Shown piece after piece: positions 19,772 through 29,219 of a stretch of DNA of 64,000 bases. How positions within the stretch are numbered: position 1 is the stretch's first letter; every line of letters starts with the position of its first letter. Under the pieces are notes generated by a model. The model had not been told where the DNA came from. It made no database searches and saw only the letters and a program-made list of their open reading frames with translations. The position numbers were made by a program, and so were the translations under genes. Origin of the DNA: Chitinophagales bacterium (lineage in GTDB: Bacteria > Bacteroidota > Bacteroidia > Chitinophagales > BACL12); NCBI GenBank assembly GCA_044227505.1, contig JBGAWP010000011.1:424-64423 (forward strand), read 5' to 3'.

Positions 19772-21508
19772 TTACATTTTTTCAAATTGGTAAAAAGCAT
19801 TCAGAATCCTTACAAAGTAAAGTCCGGCAGGTAGGGAAGAAATATTCAAATTGGAAACACCCTTTGTTTGCAAAATACATCTACCATCTAAAGTAAAAAT
19901 TTGAATTTCTGAGGAGAAAAAATCCGGATTGTCGTTTTGAAAATGCAAAATATTTGTTGCGGGATTTGGATAGATATTAATTCTAGTCTTATCAGCTTCC
20001 AAAACAGCGACACTGGGTATATAAATTACAGAATCGTATTTCGTTAAAAAAACATCGTAACCACCCATGGATTGCACTTCAAAATCATTTTCCGTACAAT
20101 CAAAATCAGATGTTTCGGTAAATGTTCCGGTTATATAAATATTATCATTATTGTCATATTCCATATTGAATATCCGTGTTTCGTTAAATATATTTCCTTT
20201 TATCTGGGAGGCATTGAGATAATTTCCATTTTGATCATAAAAAGCCAGAAAACCATCCTGTGCATCAGTAAGATCCTCCAAAATTGCAACGCCAACACCG
20301 GGATCAAAATCCACCATTCTATAAAAATCGCCGGAAACACAAATTATTCCTTCGGAATCGAGTTTAATATTTCGTGCATAATCATATCCTTCACCACCCA
20401 TCGTTTTTGCCCAAATTAATTCCCCTGTATTTGTGTATTTAGCAAAAAACATGTCGTCGGAAGCATCCTCCAGTTCCGGTTCCAGAAAATATTCCGCTGC
20501 AGATGGATCCATGTCAATTTGTTCGCGATACCATCCTGTGAGATATAAATTATTATCCGCATCGGTTGTCAGGGCATGGCATTGAATTGTTCCCTCCTCA
20601 CCTGCTTCAATATCTTTTGCCCATATCAATTCCATATCAGCATTATATTTTCCAAAAAAAACATTATCATTAGCAACACCGGATAATATTAATTCTCCGC
20701 CATCGGGATCTGCATCTAATTCGGCGCCATACATTCCCGCCACAAAAATATTTCCATCAGCATCTTCTTTTACAAAATCTCCATGATCGAAATTATCGGC
20801 AACTGGTGTGGCATTTAATTGTTTTGCAAAAATAAATTCACCGGTTTCTGAATATTTTGCAAAAAACAATTCCCCAAAAAAGTTTTCAGCAGTGAGATTG
20901 AATTCCGCTCCCGAGGGATCAAAATCAACTTCATCGCTGAAATTTCCAATTAGAAGAATATTATTATCGGCATCACTCAAAATGTATTTGCCTTCACTGT
21001 AATAATTTCCTCCCACAGCAAAAGCAGACATATAATTTCCTTCTGTATCATATTTTGCAACAAAAATAGAAACTGCGGCACCCACGGCGGATACATTATG
21101 TGTTGTTGGTGACGGATCAAAATCAACGGTTGAATACACCCATCCGGTACACAAAATATTTCCCTCTTCATCAAAATTCAGTGCAGATCCCTGTGCTTGT
21201 CCGGAGCCACTTCCTATTGGAACAACCCAAATAAAATCACCGGAAGGGCTGTATTTGGCAATAAATGCAGATGTGCGATCCTCACCAAAAGTATAAATTG
21301 CTTCATCCACACCGGGATCAAAATCAATTGAGTCGTCGAAATATCCTGTTATATACACAAAGTTTTCTTCATCTATAATTATGTCGTATGCTATCTCCGA
21401 AAAAGAAGAATTGGACCCCTCCAAATGATTTACCCAATCAAGAATAGCTTGCGATGAAAGAACATTTACCATTAATGTAAAAAAGGCAGTGAGGATTACA
21501 TTTTTCAT
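19772..21508 (-). CDS. Secreted repeat protein (repeated ..DFDP.. beta-propeller-like units) with T9SS C-terminal domain
   Basis: It has a signal peptide and at least 8 repeats of the type G.F...VDFDPS. The tail is INIYPNPATNILHF...GLYFVRIL. Confidence 0.8.
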   Translation of the reverse strand: MKNVILTAFFTLMVNVLSSQAILDWVNHLEGSNSSFSEIAYDIIIDEENFVYITGYFDDSIDFDPGVDEAIYTFGEDRTSAFIAKYSPSGDFIWVVPIGSGSGQAQGSALNFDEEGNILCTGWVYSTVDFDPSPTTHNVSAVGAAVSIFVAKYDTEGNYMSAFAVGGNYYSEGKYILSDADNNILLIGNFSDEVDFDPSGAEFNLTAENFFGELFFAKYSETGEFIFAKQLNATPVADNFDHGDFVKEDADGNIFVAGMYGAELDADPDGGELILSGVANDNVFFGKYNADMELIWAKDIEAGEEGTIQCHALTTDADNNLYLTGWYREQIDMDPSAAEYFLEPELEDASDDMFFAKYTNTGELIWAKTMGGEGYDYARNIKLDSEGIICVSGDFYRMVDFDPGVGVAILEDLTDAQDGFLAFYDQNGNYLNASQIKGNIFNETRIFNMEYDNNDNIYITGTFTETSDFDCTENDFEVQSMGGYDVFLTKYDSVIYIPSVAVLEADKTRINIYPNPATNILHFQNDNPDFFSSEIQIFTLDGRCILQTKGVSNLNISSLPAGLYFVRILNAFYQFEKM

Positions 21509-21584
21509 TTTAAAAATTTTATGTTTTTGATATTTTGAATTAGTGTATTTTATACACTAACTATTTTATGTTCATAAATAATTG

Positions 21585-23213
21585 CTATTTATTTATACAT
21601 ATTTTATCAGAATAATTTTTTGATTGTAAAAGATACATTCCCGCTCCGAGTTCCGAAATGTTTAGCGTTTGAACAGCAGATATTAGTTTGGCTTGAAAAA
21701 CAATCTGGCCCATTGCATTTATTATAAATATATTCTCCTCTTCAGAAAAACTATTGGATTTGATTGTGATATAATTATTAGCGGGATTAGGGTAAATAAA
21801 CCTGTCTGACGGAATTATTGTTTCCTCCAATCCCACTTCAAATTCCGTTTCCAATTTCCAGATCTCTGCTCCCACTGCATCTACATTGCCATTTAAAATT
21901 GCCATTCCATTATAGGTGATCATGGAATAAGGATAACGCAACTCGTCGCATTCCAAAAGCTGAAAGGTGCCGTCAACAGTGCCATTGCTCTGAAAAACGG
22001 TTGTGCAGCCATTATCATCATCATAACCGCTATACACAATATTATTTCCATTGATAACCGTTGCAAAATTGGCCTCAAAGGAACCGGAAGCGAATTCAGA
22101 TAAAAATTTAGTTCCTGCATTTGTGCCATTGGTTACCCATAAACCATCATCATTGTCCGCATTATCTGCAGCAAAAAATATTTTATTTTCTGAAGGAAGA
22201 AACGCGTAATTTCCGGGAGTGAATTCTTCTCCATTTTCATCCAATAATTTTTGAGTGCCTGCAACAGTTCCATCACTGGTAAAAAGAAATTCGTCATCAC
22301 CATTATCAGCCATAAAAAACAATTGATCATTTAAAATAAAAAATTGATGTGGTTCCGAACCATCACCTTCATCCTCATTTACATTCATAAATAATTCCGT
22401 TCCGCCGGGAGTTCCATCAGTGCGCCATAATTCCTGATCATAAGGATCTCCATCACCACCGGCAAAATAAATATGATCTTCAAATTGTATGAACATATTC
22501 TTATACTCCTTTGCAATAACCCACATTTGTTTCAACAGAACGGTTCCTGCCTCAGTGCCATCGCTCTTCCACAATTCAGATAAGCCGTCTGCATTTTTGC
22601 ATCGGAAATAAATGGCATTATCAATTGCTGTAATAAATTCAGGAACGCTGCTTGAACCAATTGCCAGATCTTTGACAAGATATGTTCCGGCCTCTGTTCC
22701 ATCGCTGCGCCAGAGCTCTATATTGTTGCCTCCTCCATCGGCTGCGAAATATAAAATATCGTTCATTTCAGTGAAATATTGCGCCGACATAAATATCGAA
22801 TTTGAACAATCGCCTAAACCCGGATTTATGTCTTTTACCATATAAGTTCCTGCTTCGGTACCGTCGCTGCGCCATATCTCTGCTCCATAAACATTATCAG
22901 AAGCTCTGAAATATAAAATGTTGTTCATCACAATATGTTCGGGGCCACAACCATACACCGATTGACACATTGAATTGGCGCCGGTTCCAATATTTTTAAC
23001 CATCCAGGTTCCGGCTTCTGTTGCGTCTGTCCTCCATAATTCAATGCCATTTGAACCGTCATTTGCAGTGAAATAAATGATATCACCCATTTCAACAAAT
23101 AAACCGGGGTCGCTGTGCGCTTCACCCGGGTTAATGTCCTTAATCAATTCCAGTGTGTATTGGGCGTGCAACCTTGTAGTAACACAAAGTGCGATGAATA
23201 TTATTTTTTTCAT
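21585..23213 (-). CDS. ELWxxDGT-repeat protein with T9SS C-terminal domain (start moved to MKKIIFIAL at 23213)
   Basis: Repeated ELWRTDATEAGT / EIWRSDGTEAGTYMVKDI units. The tail is IYPNPANNYITI...GMYLLQS. The upstream 76 codons of the track ORF are translated repeat DNA. Confidence 0.85.
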   Translation of the reverse strand: MKKIIFIALCVTTRLHAQYTLELIKDINPGEAHSDPGLFVEMGDIIYFTANDGSNGIELWRTDATEAGTWMVKNIGTGANSMCQSVYGCGPEHIVMNNILYFRASDNVYGAEIWRSDGTEAGTYMVKDINPGLGDCSNSIFMSAQYFTEMNDILYFAADGGGNNIELWRSDGTEAGTYLVKDLAIGSSSVPEFITAIDNAIYFRCKNADGLSELWKSDGTEAGTVLLKQMWVIAKEYKNMFIQFEDHIYFAGGDGDPYDQELWRTDGTPGGTELFMNVNEDEGDGSEPHQFFILNDQLFFMADNGDDEFLFTSDGTVAGTQKLLDENGEEFTPGNYAFLPSENKIFFAADNADNDDGLWVTNGTNAGTKFLSEFASGSFEANFATVINGNNIVYSGYDDDNGCTTVFQSNGTVDGTFQLLECDELRYPYSMITYNGMAILNGNVDAVGAEIWKLETEFEVGLEETIIPSDRFIYPNPANNYITIKSNSFSEEENIFIINAMGQIVFQAKLISAVQTLNISELGAGMYLLQSKNYSDKICINK

Positions 23214-23316
23214 ATAAAAGGTTTGAAATTTTATACAGCAAATTGACTGTATTTTATTGAGTTTAGCAAGGAGAAAAAAGGGAGATTGTAGCGATGGGTT
23301 GAAGATTTGAGGTGTT

Positions 23317-23432
23317 AAAGATTCGAAGGGAGAAGATTCGAAGAGTTGAACCCGCCTGCTGACTGCGTCGGGCAGGGGTGAAGGTTCTAAGGGTCTAAGG
23401 AAGGAAGGTGTTGCAAGGTTGAAAAAGGAGGT
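23317..23432. repeat. Composite repeat, copy 2 (partner of 15405-15517), carrying a CCTGC..GCAGG hairpin insert
   Basis: aaagattcgaagggagaagattcgaag ... gaaggttctaaggg..aaggaaggaagg..aaggttgaaaaagg. Confidence 0.85.
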
Positions 23433-23512
23433 TCCAAGCACTAATATGCCGTTAGTGACCCTCCTAAGCGAGATCTCATGATGTATTATTTTTTAAACTC
23501 CACCGTTTGTTT

Positions 23513-23634
23513 TCCTATGTCATATGTCCTATGTCATATGTCCTATGTCATATGTCCTATGTCATATGTCATATGTCCTATGTCATATGTCCTATGTCAT
23601 ACGTCCTATGTCCTATGTCGCGCGCCTCGCGCCT
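23513..23634. repeat. Heptamer array ATGTCMT (about 15 units), then (GCGCCTC)x2
   Basis: Read directly. It lies between the divergent genes at 23213 (-) and 23687 (+). Confidence 0.95.
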
Positions 23635-23686
23635 CAATCAAATTATAATTTTTTCTATCTTTCACCAAAACACCTTACATTCGTAA

Positions 23687-25108
23687 ATGCAAAATACGCA
23701 GTTGCAGGAAGTATTACAGAAGTTGACGAAAAAGGATCTTAAAACCTTTACGGATTATTTGCATTCGCCTTATTTAAATAAAAAGGCGACACTCGTTCAG
23801 TTTTGGGAGGCGATAAAACCATTTGCCCCTGAATTTGAAATTAAGGATGATCAAAAGGAAAATATCTGCAAAATGGTTTCGGGTAAACCATATAACGATG
23901 CCTATTATCGGAATTTATGTTCGGACATGCTTGAGATAACCTTAAATTTTTTAGCCGAAGAAGAATTTCATAGATCGGATGTGGATCAATTGCAATACAA
24001 AAACGAGGTATTGTTGGAAAATAAGTTATTTTCTTTAATGGAAAAGAATATTAAAAATCTGTTCCAAGCGATTAATAAGTCTGATTTATCTTACACACAG
24101 AAATTAAATCAACTAATAAAACTGGATGATTATATATTCAGGTTAGGTATAAGAAGAAACCGGAGTAAACATGAGAATATCGCTAAATTAATGGGCAATG
24201 AGGAGGCACGGAAAAGAATTATAGATTATGCATTAGGGAAATTATTTCTGCATATTTTTAATGATTACCGCGCTTGTGAAATATTAAAAAAGCCATTTAA
24301 TTATGAAACAGCAAGACATTATTTCGCAATTTATGAAAACAGGTTAGGCAATGAGGACAAATATGTAACGGCGCAATATTTAACTGCTAAACTTATTATA
24401 GAAAAAGAGGAAAGGTATTATCATGAGTTGAAGCAAATGCTCATAATTGACAGGGTTATACCACCTACGATAGAACTTACTAACCTATTGGTTGCCATAC
24501 TCGATTTTTTAGCCAAAAAAGTGGAATCCGGTGAAACAGGCTGGAATATTGAAATGTTTGAAATTTACGACCTCCGCATTAAAAATAATTTGTGGAACCT
24601 GCATGCAGATTTTGCATATACTTCCTTACTTAATATTGTACAAAATTCATTAATGTTAGGCAAAATAGAATATGCAGAACAAATAGTTCAAAAATTTGAA
24701 TCACAGATCTCAAAAAATATACGAGACCACGTTAGAAATTTATGTTATGCATGGATCAGTTTTTATAAAGGCGATCTAACAGCAGCGCATAATTATTTAT
24801 TACCTATTGAAACAGAAAATATTGTAATTAAATATAGTTTGCGCAACCTGCAGGTTATGATCTATTTCCAAAATGGTGAATATCAGACGCTCACCTCCTA
24901 TCTCGACAGCTTCAAACATTTCATCAATTATAATTCTGAACCACTTGGAGAAAATGTAAAACAGTCAGGGATCACTCTTTGTAATTTTTTAAATTTACTT
25001 GTTAAATTAAAACTCGATCCCGATCAAAAAAATGCGGACAAACTCAAAAAGGAAATTGGTGAAAGTAAATTTTTAATGAAAACATGGATACTTCAACACC
25101 TGGAATGA
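23687..25108 (+). CDS. Hypothetical all-helical (TPR-like) cytoplasmic protein, 473 aa
   Basis: A long ORF with coding-like composition and no signal peptide. The N-terminal L..L.KKDLKTFTDYLHSPYLNKK resembles a conserved Bacteroidota family of unknown function. Confidence 0.7.
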   Translation: MQNTQLQEVLQKLTKKDLKTFTDYLHSPYLNKKATLVQFWEAIKPFAPEFEIKDDQKENICKMVSGKPYNDAYYRNLCSDMLEITLNFLAEEEFHRSDVDQLQYKNEVLLENKLFSLMEKNIKNLFQAINKSDLSYTQKLNQLIKLDDYIFRLGIRRNRSKHENIAKLMGNEEARKRIIDYALGKLFLHIFNDYRACEILKKPFNYETARHYFAIYENRLGNEDKYVTAQYLTAKLIIEKEERYYHELKQMLIIDRVIPPTIELTNLLVAILDFLAKKVESGETGWNIEMFEIYDLRIKNNLWNLHADFAYTSLLNIVQNSLMLGKIEYAEQIVQKFESQISKNIRDHVRNLCYAWISFYKGDLTAAHNYLLPIETENIVIKYSLRNLQVMIYFQNGEYQTLTSYLDSFKHFINYNSEPLGENVKQSGITLCNFLNLLVKLKLDPDQKNADKLKKEIGESKFLMKTWILQHLE

Positions 25109-25171
25109 TAAACTCACTTGGTAATATTTCCTTAATTCCAGAAAAATCTTAAATTTGCGTAGCATACACAC

Positions 25172-26521
25172 ATGAAAAAAATCAAGATCATCGCCATTTT
25201 CCTATTCTTTGGGATACCCATGAATTCCTACTCGCAATTGACTTTGAATTGTGATAATGATAGTTCCGGATTGATTCCGCTCACCGATCTGGGCACTGGA
25301 TTTTACGAGGGTATTCAGGGAGGATTATATCCGGGTGGCAGTAACGAAAGGCCATCGGTCCATCTGCAAAAAGGAATTGATATTGCCCATACCATTGAGC
25401 CATTGAATGATGGCGGAGGTGTTGATTACGATAACGGTCAAGTATTATTTATTGGCATGGGTGGATCAAATGCTTCTAATGCTTATAATATGTTTATCGA
25501 TACCATGAAAAGTTATAACTGGAAAGGAACCAGTCAGTGTATGAATGTAAAAGGGCTCTTTTACGGAGGAAAAGATCTTCACGATATGATTGATTCTACC
25601 TCCACTTTTTATTGGGATGAATTGCAAGGTCGCCTTTTCAACCGCAACGATACGTGGGAGCAGGTTCAAATTGTTTGGATCTTGGAACAAAGCGAATTGG
25701 AAACCACTGATCTGGCTTATTATATAGATTATGTTGCTGATCAATATACCACCTTAATGCATATCATGTTGGATAGTATGCCTAACTTAAAAATGGTATA
25801 TCTAAGCGGGTTTCATTACACTGGATACACGCATCCTGAACATGAACTTTTTGATTTTCTGGTAGAACCGAAGGGATATTGGGGAAATCTGGCGATTAAA
25901 GAATTGATTGCACGACAAATTAACGGAGATCCCGCGCTTGATTTTGAAGGTGAAGGCAGAGTTGCACCATATATAAACTGGGGACCTTATTTTTGGGCAG
26001 ATGGTGTTAAACCACGCGGAGGAGATTTTCTGAGTTGGCCCTGTGAGGATTACAGAGATGACGATACCGGTGGTGGATTTCATTTGGAGGAGATCGGAAA
26101 ATACAAAGAAGCAAAAATGCTGATCAATTTTTTCGAAACCGACACTGTGTCGAGCTGGTGGTACAAAGCAGGAGTGCAATGGGAGGATTGCGAACAGGAC
26201 ACTACCGGTTATATAGATGATCATAATTTAAAATTCCGCGATCCGGCAGAAGAGGCTATAAAATTTTATCAGGCACAAACCACCAATAATATAACGATCG
26301 AAATTTCGGATGTAAAGGAAAATGATCTCACTTGTTCCATTTATAATTTAGGAGGAGAAAAGATATTAACGGAAAATGTAAATACGCTTGCTACAAATAA
26401 ATACATGTTAAATGTTGAAAATTATCCTGAAGGGATGTATGTATTTGTAGCACAAACTTCAGATGGTCCTGTGTCAGGTAGTTTTTATATTAAGAATTAC
26501 GCGGTAGAAATTAACCCCTGA
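25172..26521 (+). CDS. Hypothetical secreted protein with T9SS-like C-terminal beta-sandwich
   Basis: It has a signal peptide (..MNSYSQ) and the tail CSIYNLGGEKIL...EGMYVFVAQT. The catalytic domain was not recognised; the FIGMGGSNAS block is vaguely esterase-like. Confidence 0.7.
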   Translation: MKKIKIIAIFLFFGIPMNSYSQLTLNCDNDSSGLIPLTDLGTGFYEGIQGGLYPGGSNERPSVHLQKGIDIAHTIEPLNDGGGVDYDNGQVLFIGMGGSNASNAYNMFIDTMKSYNWKGTSQCMNVKGLFYGGKDLHDMIDSTSTFYWDELQGRLFNRNDTWEQVQIVWILEQSELETTDLAYYIDYVADQYTTLMHIMLDSMPNLKMVYLSGFHYTGYTHPEHELFDFLVEPKGYWGNLAIKELIARQINGDPALDFEGEGRVAPYINWGPYFWADGVKPRGGDFLSWPCEDYRDDDTGGGFHLEEIGKYKEAKMLINFFETDTVSSWWYKAGVQWEDCEQDTTGYIDDHNLKFRDPAEEAIKFYQAQTTNNITIEISDVKENDLTCSIYNLGGEKILTENVNTLATNKYMLNVENYPEGMYVFVAQTSDGPVSGSFYIKNYAVEINP

Positions 26522-26524
26522 AAA

Positions 26525-26857
26525 TTATTGATTTTCTGTTTCTGATTTAATTTGTTCTGCAGGTTTTTCCTCCGGTAATGCTGTTTTATTTTCTTTGAGT
26601 TTATTGTATTCCTTCTCCACTGAACTTTCATCGTCGTGATAGGCATTCCAATAATGTATCACTAACCCAATTCCCCATCCACATAAAGTATATAAAAACC
26701 AAAAAGTGAGAGGTCCTCGTTCTGCAGTTTGATCCCAACTTAAATACCAGATAACTGCAAGCGCAATATTCACCAAAATGAATACTATACTATGTCTGCG
26801 AAATGAAACGCGTTTTTGCGCCATTTTCCAGAGTTTATCGTCGAGGTTTGGGTTCAT
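26525..26857 (-). CDS. 2TM domain-containing small membrane protein
   Basis: KRVSFRRHSIVFILVNIALAVIWYL ... WFLYTLCGWGIGLVIHYWNAY. Confidence 0.75.
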   Translation of the reverse strand: MNPNLDDKLWKMAQKRVSFRRHSIVFILVNIALAVIWYLSWDQTAERGPLTFWFLYTLCGWGIGLVIHYWNAYHDDESSVEKEYNKLKENKTALPEEKPAEQIKSETENQ

Positions 26858-26937
26858 GATTTATGAATTAAACACAAAGGTAAGAAATTCACAACGAATT
26901 GCCTTTTAGTCGATAGGTTTCATGACACCGCTGGTGC

Positions 26938-27690
26938 TAGCAGGGTTCTTGTCGGCCTCCGACAAAACCCTGCGGCCGGGAGTGTAATCAGTTTCATGCA
27001 TTCGGAATACTATAATAATCCAACCAATTTGTTACTTCATAAATTCCTTGTTCGCCGGTTTTATAATATTTTGCAGAGGAATGAATGTAGTCAATTGCAT
27101 TCTTAACGAGACCTGCTTTTACAGGATTATTATGCATATACCTTAATTTTTGGAGAATGAATTTGTTTGTGAAACATTCTTTGCAATCAAATGACACTTC
27201 AAAAACCTTATGAATGGAACCCTTTTTCTTTTCGACATCATTAACTGCATCTTCTAAATTTTCGAGTAGTTGAAATTGTTTCATTTTTTTTAATCGTTTT
27301 ATTATTTCATAGGCTCTAAACCGTTTCCCTTCAGCAATTAATCTATTTATCGTTTTGCTGTGACTGCTTAATTTAAGAAGTGCGTGAAGATGATTTGGCA
27401 TTATTACATAACCAAGTATAAAATTTTCTTCCTTTTTTAGTAAGTCAAACCATTTATATATATCGTCAAACAGATCTGTTTTTTCAAAAAGAGGTAACCA
27501 TTTAAAACAAGTAAATGTGAAAAAATAGGTGGTATTAATTTCTTTATGGGTTCGTTTGACTGCCATGATACGTATTAGGGTGTTCCATCCTTCGCAGGGT
27601 TTTGCTAGGATGAGTCTATTTCATTGTAAATTCAACTTTGTACAGATATTTACTGATTTTAATTAATATTTATTTTGGCAAGAACCCTGC
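26938..27690 (-). mobile_element. RAYT (REP-associated tyrosine transposase) unit bounded by REP-like inverted repeats
   Basis: AGCAGGGTTCTTG at 26938-26950 (+) matches 27678-27690 (-). CGCAGGGTTTTG lies on the minus strand within 26961-26977 and on the plus strand within 27594-27606. Confidence 0.7.
26994..27566 (-). CDS. IS200/IS605-like Y1 transposase of the RAYT type
   Basis: YFFTFTCFKWLPLF, ILGYVIMPNHLHALLKL (HUH motif), and C-terminal NPVKAGLV...Y.HSSAKYY. Confidence 0.85.
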   Translation of the reverse strand: MAVKRTHKEINTTYFFTFTCFKWLPLFEKTDLFDDIYKWFDLLKKEENFILGYVIMPNHLHALLKLSSHSKTINRLIAEGKRFRAYEIIKRLKKMKQFQLLENLEDAVNDVEKKKGSIHKVFEVSFDCKECFTNKFILQKLRYMHNNPVKAGLVKNAIDYIHSSAKYYKTGEQGIYEVTNWLDYYSIPNA

Positions 27691-27865
27691 TCGAACTTTC
27701 GTGTATGCCTAAACAAATATATCACAAACCTAATTGTTAGCGAAGAATATTATATTTAATTCATAAATTAAAAGGCTCAATAATCTTAATCGCTTATAAG
27801 CGCTTAAACTTACAACTTATAATAGATTTGAAAAGGACCATAAATTTCCAATTTACAAAAATCAA

Positions 27866-27953
27866 ATCCTATGTCAAATTTGCATTGTCCTTTGTCCAGT
27901 CCTGTGTCCTGTGTCCTGTATCCTGTATCTTGTGTCCTGCCTCCTGTGTCCTA
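27866..27953. repeat. TGTCC / CCTGTRT heptamer array running into the rarA stop codon
   Basis: cctgtgtcctgtgtcctgtatcctgtatcttgtgtcctgcctcctgtgtccta. Confidence 0.9.
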
Positions 27954-29219
27954 ATAATCATACTTGCCTCCCCACCGCTCCTTCAAAAACCTCCTCATCT
28001 CATTTTCCTTCGCATTACTGCCCGGTTCGAAAATTTTTGTGCCTTTAATTTCGTCTGGGAGAAATTCCATTTCGGTGAAATTGTTTTCGTAGTCGTGGGC
28101 GTATTTATATTCTTTCCCGTAATTTAATTCCTTCATTAATTTGGTGGGAGCATTTCTGATAGGTAAAGGAATTTGAAGATCACCTTTTTCTCTTACGATA
28201 TTGGTGGCATTTTGTAAGGCGACATACGAGGCATTACTTTTTGGCGAGGTTGCGAGATAAATTACTGTTTGTGCGAGGGTTAATCTGCATTCGGGATATC
28301 CCAACATAGTAACAGCTTGAAAACAACTTGTAGCCAATAATAATGCGTTGGGATTTGCATTTCCGATATCCTCACTTGCGAGCACCAACATACGACGGGC
28401 GATAAATTTTGGGTCCTCCCCTCCTTCTATCATACGCACCATATAATAGATCGCGGCATTAGGATCACTTCCGCGCATACTTTTTATAAATGCGGAAATA
28501 ATATCGTAATGTTGTTCGCCATTCTTATCGTATAAAACGAGTTTTTTTTGTGCAATTTGTTTTACAAGATCATTGGTAATTATTAATTTTTCTTCTGTTA
28601 CCGATTCTTCAATTAATTCCAATAGATTTAATAATTTTCTTGCATCACCTCCACTTAATTGTAAAAGCGCTTCCTCTTCTTCAATAATTATTTTTCGTTT
28701 GGATAATATTTCATCCTCGGTAATTGCGCGCTTAATTAATTGCTGTAAATCTTCTTTGGTAAATTCCTTTAATACAAATACCTGACTTCGCGACAATAAT
28801 GCCGATATCACTTCAAAAGATGGATTTTCTGTTGTCGCACCAATTAATAAAATAGTGCCCTTTTCCACCGCTCCCAACAACGAATCCTGTTGCGCTTTAT
28901 TAAACCGATGAATCTCATCAATAAACAATACAATTTTTCCACCCTTCTCCCCTTTCTCAATTACCTCACGCACATCCTTCACTCCGGAAGAAACAGCGCT
29001 CAGCGAAAAAAAAGGCAAATTAGCCGACTTCGCAATAATATTTGCCAGTGTTGTTTTCCCCACTCCCGGAGGCCCCCAGAATATCATGGAAACCAGTTTT
29101 CCGCTTTGAATCATACGCCGCAAAACCTGTCCCTCCCCCACTAAATGCTGCTGCCCGATAAATTCATCGAGGTTTTTGGGGCGAAGGCGTTCGGCGAGAG
29201 GTATGGTGTTGAAAAGCAT
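27951..29219 (-). CDS. rarA: Replication-associated recombination protein A (AAA+ ATPase MgsA/RarA)
   Basis: LAERLRP..LDEFIGQQHL, Walker A GPPGVGKTT, FIDEIHRFNK and the C-terminal MgsA domain. Confidence 0.95.
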   Translation of the reverse strand: MLFNTIPLAERLRPKNLDEFIGQQHLVGEGQVLRRMIQSGKLVSMIFWGPPGVGKTTLANIIAKSANLPFFSLSAVSSGVKDVREVIEKGEKGGKIVLFIDEIHRFNKAQQDSLLGAVEKGTILLIGATTENPSFEVISALLSRSQVFVLKEFTKEDLQQLIKRAITEDEILSKRKIIIEEEEALLQLSGGDARKLLNLLELIEESVTEEKLIITNDLVKQIAQKKLVLYDKNGEQHYDIISAFIKSMRGSDPNAAIYYMVRMIEGGEDPKFIARRMLVLASEDIGNANPNALLLATSCFQAVTMLGYPECRLTLAQTVIYLATSPKSNASYVALQNATNIVREKGDLQIPLPIRNAPTKLMKELNYGKEYKYAHDYENNFTEMEFLPDEIKGTKIFEPGSNAKENEMRRFLKERWGGKYDY

